Shown: positions 15,420-22,562 of the stretch, piece by piece | Layout of the letters: every line of letters starts with the position of its first letter | Position numbering within the stretch: position 1 is the first letter of the stretch | From: Candidatus Hodarchaeota archaeon | Lineage (GTDB): Archaea; Asgardarchaeota; Heimdallarchaeia; Hodarchaeales; Hodarchaeaceae | Reading direction: 5' to 3' | Length of the DNA: 22,562 nt | Assembly: GCA_016839815.1 (NCBI GenBank) | Contig: JAEOTM010000035.1 | Coordinates: 1-22,562, forward strand | Program-made: the position numbers and the translations under genes | The notes under the pieces: generated by a model | Databases searched by the model: none | Seen by the model: the letters and a program-made list of their open reading frames with translations, nothing else | What the model was told of the DNA's origin: nothing

Positions 15420-16334
15420 TCATCTTAAATAAGATTTGATCAACTCTTTGTTTAAAATATTAGTCATTTTCAAATAAATACTAATAACTACTCCACTCGC
15501 TATAATAAAGAATAGTGTTCTAAAAACACTGGACAAAGGGTCATCATTCAGAAGCATTACAAACTGCATACTAACAACAGCAATACCCATTGTAAGGAGG
15601 GCGCCCAACGTAGTTATTACAAATCCATAAGCACTTTTGTAGTGGAATAAATACAAATAAATACCTAGATATCCTATTGTTATCATAAATATCAAATCAA
15701 AACACTTAATCATCCAAAACAACATCGGTGCTACTGAATATGTTGTTGATGCATTGGTTCCATGTATAATTACTTCATTTATCGTAAATACGCGTTCTAT
15801 GGCAAAAATGGATAATAAACCGCCCCAGAAAAATACACTCGCTCTTTTAAATTTCTTACTTAGTAATGGAGAATCTTCTGTGGTGAATTTTGAGAAAGAA
15901 TATATCAATAAAATAACCCCTGAAATTGAAAGATACAAAAATAACCACACAAAATGATGAGAATTGGCTTCTAGAGAATCGTAAAGGGGATTTCCCCATT
16001 CTGAACCGATAGCATAAACTAGCCCTGAATATACTAGATATATTCCAGGAAAATTTAGGTAAAATTTCGCATGTCTATGTTTTCTTAGTTGTAATACTCC
16101 AGCAATTAGACAGATAGGTGCTATAAATATAAGATTTATCAAATCTTGACCAATTAATTGATTCGTTCCTGTAATAGAAGTTCGATATATAATATTCTTG
16201 GACCCTAAAGGACCTAGTATTGATATTATGACTAGAACTAGAGCTGTTAATAAAGCAATAACACCAGGAATAATATGTTCTATTTGTGTGCTTAATGAGT
16301 TATTGTTTTCAACTAAATCCAGTTTAAAAACCAT
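15420..16334 (-). CDS. Uncharacterised polytopic membrane protein (~8 TM), paralog B
   Basis: Homologous to 13207-14088 by direct alignment: ILGPLG, YRTS, GQDLINL, APICLIAG, YSGLVYAIGSEW, FWMIKCFDL. Confidence 0.85.
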   Translation of the reverse strand: MVFKLDLVENNNSLSTQIEHIIPGVIALLTALVLVIISILGPLGSKNIIYRTSITGTNQLIGQDLINLIFIAPICLIAGVLQLRKHRHAKFYLNFPGIYLVYSGLVYAIGSEWGNPLYDSLEANSHHFVWLFLYLSISGVILLIYSFSKFTTEDSPLLSKKFKRASVFFWGGLLSIFAIERVFTINEVIIHGTNASTTYSVAPMLFWMIKCFDLIFMITIGYLGIYLYLFHYKSAYGFVITTLGALLTMGIAVVSMQFVMLLNDDPLSSVFRTLFFIIASGVVISIYLKMTNILNKELIKSYLR

Positions 16335-16613
16335 CCTAATTTTTAATATAATGAGTTTACATTTAATAGGAATAATTTAGTCTATTTTCTTGACTTTATC
16401 GTTGTATTCACAATTCAATATTCCCTCCTACATTTTTATCCTTTCTGAATTACAAACCTAGTGTGAAACATCATCATTCAGAAGTTAGATCAAGCCTTCA
16501 TTAGATGGTCTCTGAATCCAACCTTGAAATGATTTATTGGACTAGAGAGATTTTTTAAGGAGGAGTATAATGAAAATATTCCTATTATTTAACAAAAGTG
16601 TGGGACAAACAGG

Positions 16614-19600
16614 ATGAAATCTACATTTGCTTCTCTTCTATACTCTTTAAAGTCCGTTTATCGTCGAAAAGCTAAGAATATTTATGCCATCTTGGGTATT
16701 GCCCTTGGCGTCAGTCTTCTTCTTGGGGTTCAAGTTAGTGTTGACTCTGTAGAACAGTCATGGTTAGATGGTTCCATCTATTCAATAGGTAAGCGCCATA
16801 TTCAGGTTTTTGGGACTGCTAGTCCTGTTTTTCCCGAATTTCTTTACACTACTTACCTTGAAAATTCACTTGTGAATAGCAGTTCTCATATTAAATCCGT
16901 CACAGCTCGCTTATCCTGGAAAGGTACTCTTCTTAATGACGCTACGGGGGATATTGAGGTTGCAGTGCCCTTTATGGGAGTAAATCCACTTGAAAAGGGT
17001 TTTGGCGAATACTATAATGCAAGTAACCTTGATCAAGTTCTCTCTTTAAGTCAATTGCAATCCAACGAGTTGTATCTTGGTGAAGATTTAGCTAACCGGT
17101 TATCTGTTGAGGTTGACGAGAATATTACGATTTCTATAGGTTTTGGTGACAAAAAATCAGAGGGCATTCGTACTATCCGCGGTATTTATGGGGATAAGGG
17201 CCGTGGAGAGGAGGATTTTGCCACCCATGCGGTCTTATCTCTTGCAGATTTGCAGGCTCTTCTTCCCTTCGGTCAATCGATTAATGTTATCTATCTTGCT
17301 ATAACCGATGATGTAGACACTAAACCAGAAAGTGAAGCATTAGTGAATGATATTCGTGCTAAACTCAATACTCTTGGCGATACTATTCCCCCCGAATTCA
17401 TTCTCCCAGGTTATCAAATTTCTGATCTCTTTTCAATTACTGATGTTCGTCAAGCTACCAAAGACTCAATTGGTCCCACAATGGATGCTTTACGAATGAT
17501 CATGAACGTTTTTGGGGCATTAGTTATCTTTGCGGGTCTTTTGTTAATCATTAACATTCAATTTATGTCTGTTGAGGATCGAGAGGTTCAAACGGGGATT
17601 TCTCGGGCCATTGGTGTTCAACGGAGGCAGGTTATTCTGCAGTTGATTGTTGAAGCTGGTCTTCTTGGAATTATTGCAGCTTTTGTTGCTATTCCCATGG
17701 GAAGTGTTTATGCTTACTTTCTGATTTATATGTTTGCTCAAACGTTTGGTTTACCTTTGGAAGTTACTCGGCTTATTATTACTCCAAATGTTCTTATTCA
17801 ATCCCTTATCCTTGGAATCAGTCTTGCTTTATTTACAGCGTTACTCCCAGCTGTTCGTGCTTCCCGCATTAATATTGTTGAAGTTATACGAGGGATTATT
17901 CCTCCTCCAGAGGAAAGATTTAGCCGTCGTGGTTTTTATTTAGGTATTGGTATGCTAATTCTCGGTATTATTTGGTTTTTCACGCTTGATAAAGCTCCTT
18001 GGGAAGGTCCCTCTGCGTTTCGCAACATTAATGATGCAGAAGCTATCTACTTTCCCTTTATTTTGATTTTTGTTAGTGTTCCCTTGATTCTTTCTTATTT
18101 TGTTGTCAATAAACATCTTGTTATGAATTTCATGGCTCTTTCTCTTCTTGCTCTTCCGCTCTTCTATATTTTTGTTGTTTTTGATTGGATTGAAGAGGGT
18201 TCAGGAGGTACTATGGCAATTCTTGGTATTTTGCTTTCTCTGGTTATTGGTTCCATTGTTTTTATTGGACTAAATCTGGATTTTATTGCTGATGGGGCCG
18301 AAGCATTCACCAAGTACTTTAAAGCTCTTGCTGCCATTGCTCAGGTCGCTTTCCGTAATATGGCTTCTAACAAGACCCGCTCCACTTTAACCTTTGCCAT
18401 TTTTGCCTCTGTTCTCACACTCAATGTTTTTATGGCCACTTGGAGTTACAGTCAGCGTTATGGCTTTAATGAACAAATGTATGACTTATCAGGTGGAATT
18501 GATATTGCTATTGTTTCTCAAACTCCCATTCCTGACAATACTAGTTTTGATCAACTGGTTACCTCCCTTGATTCTCGAATAGAGCATGTTAGTAAGCTTA
18601 CTATTCCGAGTGATTCTGCTCAACTGTTCTTCCAAGATGAACTAAATTATTCGAGTTCTGATACTACCCTTCCTGCGACCTGTTTTGTTGTCAATCAGGA
18701 GACATTCTGGAGCGATAATGAGACTCAAGCTTTTGAACTACAGTTAATGTCCTCCAAGAATGTACTTCTTGATAGTGTAACCAGTGGTGGTGCAAAAGAA
18801 GCGGATATTGATCGTGAGGATCAAACAACTTGGGAAGCCTTCTTTAATGGCACAAAAATCCATAATAGTTTTGGGGAGGAGAAACCGTTTCTTATTTCCA
18901 GCAATTATTACCTTATTTCCCCCGCAGGCACGGATAAATCCCCCGTCGATGAATCTATCTGGTTGCAGGATAAGAATGGGACACTTGTTGAGTTTGTTAT
19001 TGGAGCTATTACTTCATTTGGTAGTCCAATCGAACAAGTTTATGCTAGTATCTCTATTTCTGTTGTCTCTGGTCCTATGTTTGGTGCTCCTTCCCTTTAT
19101 ATTCCGGAGGAGTATGCTCAAAATCTTGCGTTTTACCCTAGTGAATTAGTTAATGCCTCTAATATGTTTTTAGTTAAAACTAGTGGTCTTTTGGATGATC
19201 AAATGAACGAGGACATCTCAAAAATGATTGAATCGACTGCCAATTCAGTTACTGGTAGTTTTCGTCAAGCTCAAGGGATGTATGGTGTTATTGGTGTGCC
19301 TCTCTGGAGTGTTTTTGAATTCCAATTAGAGATGCAATATCGGATGTTCAATTTTATGCAAGTTTTTACGTCCTTAGGCTTCTTGGTTGGGATTATTGGC
19401 TTACTTGTTGTTTCCGTTCGTTCTGTTAGTGAACGCAAGCGAGAAATTGGTATGATGCGGGCTATTGGGTTTACTCGTTCAACTTTGATTCTCGCTATCT
19501 TGACAGAACTGGTTGTGATGGGCTTTATCGGACTTGTAGTCGGTTTAATTAACGGATCCCTCTTAGGTTGGGCTCTTACGGATATCAATAGTGGTGGGAG

Positions 19601-19739
19601 TGCTACTTTCTTGATTCCTTGGGCTATAATTGGTCTTTATTCATTTATAACTTTTGGAGCTGCTTTCATTGCAGCGATTATACCTGGATGGAGAGCTGCG
19701 CAAATTCCTCCTTCTGAGGCATTGAGGTATGTTGGCTAG
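16614..19739 (+). CDS. Double-length MacB/FtsX-family (type VII) ABC transporter permease
   Basis: ILGIALGVSLLLGV TM, large extracellular domain, FtsX module (SVEDREVQTGISRAIG...PAVRASRINIVEVIR), extra TMs, second extracellular domain, second FtsX module (SVSERKREIGMMRAIG...PGWRAAQIPPSEALRY). Confidence 0.92.
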   Translation: MKSTFASLLYSLKSVYRRKAKNIYAILGIALGVSLLLGVQVSVDSVEQSWLDGSIYSIGKRHIQVFGTASPVFPEFLYTTYLENSLVNSSSHIKSVTARLSWKGTLLNDATGDIEVAVPFMGVNPLEKGFGEYYNASNLDQVLSLSQLQSNELYLGEDLANRLSVEVDENITISIGFGDKKSEGIRTIRGIYGDKGRGEEDFATHAVLSLADLQALLPFGQSINVIYLAITDDVDTKPESEALVNDIRAKLNTLGDTIPPEFILPGYQISDLFSITDVRQATKDSIGPTMDALRMIMNVFGALVIFAGLLLIINIQFMSVEDREVQTGISRAIGVQRRQVILQLIVEAGLLGIIAAFVAIPMGSVYAYFLIYMFAQTFGLPLEVTRLIITPNVLIQSLILGISLALFTALLPAVRASRINIVEVIRGIIPPPEERFSRRGFYLGIGMLILGIIWFFTLDKAPWEGPSAFRNINDAEAIYFPFILIFVSVPLILSYFVVNKHLVMNFMALSLLALPLFYIFVVFDWIEEGSGGTMAILGILLSLVIGSIVFIGLNLDFIADGAEAFTKYFKALAAIAQVAFRNMASNKTRSTLTFAIFASVLTLNVFMATWSYSQRYGFNEQMYDLSGGIDIAIVSQTPIPDNTSFDQLVTSLDSRIEHVSKLTIPSDSAQLFFQDELNYSSSDTTLPATCFVVNQETFWSDNETQAFELQLMSSKNVLLDSVTSGGAKEADIDREDQTTWEAFFNGTKIHNSFGEEKPFLISSNYYLISPAGTDKSPVDESIWLQDKNGTLVEFVIGAITSFGSPIEQVYASISISVVSGPMFGAPSLYIPEEYAQNLAFYPSELVNASNMFLVKTSGLLDDQMNEDISKMIESTANSVTGSFRQAQGMYGVIGVPLWSVFEFQLEMQYRMFNFMQVFTSLGFLVGIIGLLVVSVRSVSERKREIGMMRAIGFTRSTLILAILTELVVMGFIGLVVGLINGSLLGWALTDINSGGSATFLIPWAIIGLYSFITFGAAFIAAIIPGWRAAQIPPSEALRYVG

Positions 19740-19744
19740 GTGAT
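19738..19744 (+). promoter_or_regulatory. Archaeal-type Shine-Dalgarno site overlapping the permease stop
   Basis: AGGTGAT ending 5 nt before ATG 19750, complementary to the AUCACCU 3' end of 16S rRNA. Confidence 0.7.
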
Positions 19745-19749
19745 ATGAC

Positions 19750-20445
19750 ATGACTGACTCTGAATACATGCTAGAATTAACTGATGTGCACAAGATCTAT
19801 GCTCCGAGTACCCCTGCCGAGGTTCGTGCTTTACGAGGGGTAAATTTAACTATAAAGCACGGAGAGATGATTGCTGTCATGGGTGCCTCTGGTTCGGGAA
19901 AAAGTACTCTACTGAATATGATGGGGGGTTTAGATCGTAAAACTGAAGGCGAGATTATTCTAGATGGTATAGATATGGATACTCTTTCCAATAAAATGAT
20001 GACAACCTTCCGTCGTGATAAGATCGGGTTTATTTTCCAGCTTTTCAATCTCTTCCCCTTTCTTACTGCTCTCCAGAATGTTATGCTCCCCCTCTTGTTA
20101 CAACAACAAGATCAGGCTATTGCTCGTCAACGTGCTAGTAGACTACTTCGAGAATTAGGTTTAGGAGGCCGATTAGATCATAAACCTGGTGAACTTTCCG
20201 GAGGGCAACAGCAACGGGTCGCTATTGCACGTTCACTGATCACCCAACCCAAATTGTTATTAGGTGACGAACCAACTGGAGATTTGGATACAACCACGAG
20301 CTCAGACATTTTATCTATTTTTCGCCGTCTTAATAAAGAAAATAAGCAAACTATGGTTCTTGTGACGCATTCTGAAAAAATAGGTGAGCTTTGTGATCGA
20401 ATTGTCCGTATTCATGATGGAAAAATTGTCGAGGAGGAAAAATGA
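19750..20445 (+). CDS. ABC transporter ATP-binding protein, LolD/MacB/FtsE-like
   Basis: Walker A GASGSGKST, GFIFQLFNL Q-loop, LSGGQQQRV signature, Walker B/D-loop LLGDEPTGDLD, H-loop VTH. Confidence 0.95.
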   Translation: MTDSEYMLELTDVHKIYAPSTPAEVRALRGVNLTIKHGEMIAVMGASGSGKSTLLNMMGGLDRKTEGEIILDGIDMDTLSNKMMTTFRRDKIGFIFQLFNLFPFLTALQNVMLPLLLQQQDQAIARQRASRLLRELGLGGRLDHKPGELSGGQQQRVAIARSLITQPKLLLGDEPTGDLDTTTSSDILSIFRRLNKENKQTMVLVTHSEKIGELCDRIVRIHDGKIVEEEK

Positions 20446-22391
20446 TGGCTCTAGAAAAAGCTGAATTGTATGGTTTCTTCCTTATTAATAAGACCAAGAA
20501 GTATGAGACTGCAGACCTTAAGAATCGCTTGATTACTACTGTCCAGAAAATGGCCCGTTCCCCAAAAGAACGTCTTCAAGCGTTTCTTGCAGGTTTTATC
20601 CCAGGTTGGGACGCTTCTAAAATCTCCCCCGAAGTTGTTGTCAAGGAGCTCAATACATTCTTACTACTTAAAGCGAATTTGAATGTGGATACTGTTAAAG
20701 GTGGTGTTGATCGTCAGAGATTTGAAGAACGCCTTAAGGAATGTTATAAGAAATATTGGAGCAAACGCCAAAAAATCCGATTAGCTGAGATTCGGAAAGA
20801 TCCCGAAATTTCCGATTCGCTCAAGATATTAAAAGAAGCTGCCAATGTTCTCTATTATGATAATACTTCTGATCTCAAACAGATTAAATCTGAGATTAAC
20901 ACTAATCTAGACAAACTGATCCACCAAGTTGATAAAACTCTTACGGAAATGATGCGAGATACGTTCGTCGTGCTTTGGGATCTTCCTGGAACAGAACTGG
21001 ATCGCATTGTGATTGCTGATGAAGTTTTTAACCGTCCTATTGAAACAGGGGTTGCTAAGGAGGCTATGGGTGAGATCGCTGATGAATTGATCTTGATTGT
21101 TTTTACCCATAATTTCCTGAAGATTATTAGTCCTGCTCTTGACCGAGCCCATAAAATCATTCTTGCAGGAATGAAGGAAATTCAGGCCTTTCATGAGGCT
21201 TATGATGCCTCCCAGCTTCCTGCCATCAGTGTTAAGCACAAGAAACTTACAGAAGATATGCTTCAAGTCATGGCTGGTAAAATCTTTGGTATTCGTGAGC
21301 TTCTTCGAGGAACTCTTCGCCAGCTACATCGGTGTCGAAGTGGTGTTTTCGAGTTTCTTGTTGAGGCTGAGGATTTAGACAATATTGAATTGGTAAAGTT
21401 TGTTACAAACCTAGCTCCTATTGATGATATTGCAGATCAAATCACTAATGTTATCAGTCTGCAAGATCAGCTTGGTCTTTTCTCTGAAACTGTTCAAGCC
21501 TTATTATTGCAAGCTACATCGCGTGAGATATCTGGTAATACAATTAACCCCAAGGAGAAAGATCTACTAGGCTTTGTGGTGGTTCTTTACCGTGCTTTAG
21601 AATATCTTCGGTTCTATACTGACACCTACCAGGATGTTCAATATTTCACAGTTATTAAAGGCGGAATCGGCTTTGAAGTGGACAAAATTATTGATCTTGA
21701 TGTTCCAGATGATTCCATGATTTTTGCACAGGATTTGTTTAGAACGTACAAGATGAAAACTAGTACTATCTATGCCCTTCGTGGTGTCGATATTGACATT
21801 AAACGGGGTGAAATGGTTGCTATTATGGGTCCTAGTGGTTCAGGTAAGACCACACTCTTGAATATCCTTGCTGGGCTTGATGTTGCAGATCGTGGAACTA
21901 TTTACGTTGATGGTCAGAATTTAAGCCGTTTATTCAAACGAGATAATAGTCTAACTTCCTTTCGTCGTGATAAGATGGGTTTTATTTTTCAATTCTATAA
22001 CTTACTCCCGATTTTATCTAATCAAGAAAATGTGGCATATCCTCGAAATTTAGCTGGGAAATCCCAAGGATCTGAGGACGCTTTGGACATTCTTAAAAAA
22101 GTTGGACTTTCGGAAAATCTTCCTGGGAAGTTTCCAAACCAAATTTCGGGTGGTCAGATGCAACGTGTTACAATTGCTCGTTCTTTAATCAATACTCCAT
22201 CAATTCTCTTTGCAGACGAGCCTACTGGAGATCTTGACTCGATAACTGGAGAACAGGTAATGAAATTACTCCAACAGGTCAATCAGGATCAAGGGATAAC
22301 CACCATTCTTGTTACGCATGATCCTACAATTGCCCAATATGCTTCTCGGACCATTCACATGGAAGATGGTAAAATCATTCGCACCACATAG
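20442..22391 (+). CDS. ABC ATP-binding protein (LolD/MacB-like) fused to a ~420-aa N-terminal helical domain of unknown function
   Basis: The NBD runs from ~aa 426 (nt 21717): GPSGSGKTT, GFIFQFYNL, ISGGQMQRV, LFADEPTGDLD, VTHD. ATGA overlap with the previous gene and a GAGGAGG RBS at 20431-20437. Confidence 0.9.
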   Translation: MMALEKAELYGFFLINKTKKYETADLKNRLITTVQKMARSPKERLQAFLAGFIPGWDASKISPEVVVKELNTFLLLKANLNVDTVKGGVDRQRFEERLKECYKKYWSKRQKIRLAEIRKDPEISDSLKILKEAANVLYYDNTSDLKQIKSEINTNLDKLIHQVDKTLTEMMRDTFVVLWDLPGTELDRIVIADEVFNRPIETGVAKEAMGEIADELILIVFTHNFLKIISPALDRAHKIILAGMKEIQAFHEAYDASQLPAISVKHKKLTEDMLQVMAGKIFGIRELLRGTLRQLHRCRSGVFEFLVEAEDLDNIELVKFVTNLAPIDDIADQITNVISLQDQLGLFSETVQALLLQATSREISGNTINPKEKDLLGFVVVLYRALEYLRFYTDTYQDVQYFTVIKGGIGFEVDKIIDLDVPDDSMIFAQDLFRTYKMKTSTIYALRGVDIDIKRGEMVAIMGPSGSGKTTLLNILAGLDVADRGTIYVDGQNLSRLFKRDNSLTSFRRDKMGFIFQFYNLLPILSNQENVAYPRNLAGKSQGSEDALDILKKVGLSENLPGKFPNQISGGQMQRVTIARSLINTPSILFADEPTGDLDSITGEQVMKLLQQVNQDQGITTILVTHDPTIAQYASRTIHMEDGKIIRTT

Positions 22392-22489
22392 ACTGATGTT
22401 CTCGTTATCAGTAAAATTAAGTCATTTTCTAGTCTTTCAATTAAAGTGTTTAAATCAACGCTAGAATTTAATCATGAAATACGGATGTA

Positions 22490-22561
22490 TTAAATCCCTT
22501 TGTAACCAACCATAATGCGAAGACCATTTCCAGTACTGCTATTTACATTAATCTTCTTCTT
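22490..22561 (-). CDS. Possible 3' end of a convergent gene entering from the right edge
   Basis: One minus frame is open from the edge, KKKINVNSSTGNGLRIMVGYKGI*, ending TAA at 22492-22490. Too short to classify. Confidence 0.3.
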   Translation of the reverse strand, partial: KKKINVNSSTGNGLRIMVGYKGI

Positions 22562-22562
22562 A

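Noticed and set aside
15754-16380. Short ORFs 15754-15957 and 16198-16380
   Set aside because: Antisense shadows of membrane paralog B, which is supported by homology to paralog A.
16443-16483. TTCTGAAT...ATTCAGAA inverted repeat in the divergent gap before the ABC operon
   Set aside because: Only 8-bp AT-rich arms with a long spacer; not distinguishable from chance.
17544-21378. Short ORFs overlapping the ABC operon on both strands
   Set aside because: They overlap well-supported genes and show no recognisable domains.
1-22562. CRISPR array, tRNA/rRNA genes, transposase or integrase
   Set aside because: No regularly spaced repeats, cloverleaf or rRNA-like segments were seen in the short intergenic gaps, and no ORF has DDE or tyrosine/serine recombinase motifs.

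Overview
Gene-dense, AT-rich archaeal window. It most likely comes from an Asgard archaeon (Heimdallarchaeia/Hodarchaeales-like). This is an inference from AGGTGAT-type ribosome-binding sites, TTTATA boxes, U-tract terminators, a PGF-type C-terminal sorting signal and the protein families present. Left to right: a 5'-truncated P-loop nucleotide-kinase-fold gene; a 140-aa unknown; a 1306-aa all-helical TPR/SNAP-like solenoid; bacterial-type glycogen synthase (glgA) next to hisS; a GPH-family MFS transporter; a 773-aa surface glycoprotein with five Ig-like repeats; a wHTH regulator; an accessory cluster (75-aa unknown, two convergent paralogous membrane proteins, a zinc-ribbon membrane protein, a C-GCAxxG-C-C protein); and a MacB/FtsX-type ABC operon with two ATPases. 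No rRNA, tRNA, CRISPR array, transposase or integrase was seen. Best leads: (1) four Ig-like repeats each carry a first-strand Gln and a last-strand Cys, and both are lost together in the fifth repeat, which suggests a Cys-Gln thioester cross-link domain; (2) one ABC ATPase has an unexplained ~420-aa helical N-terminal extension; (3) the SNAP-like giant solenoid; (4) an out-of-frame 53-nt tandem duplication at the 5' end of the MFS gene. All family calls are by eye from motifs; no database search was run.
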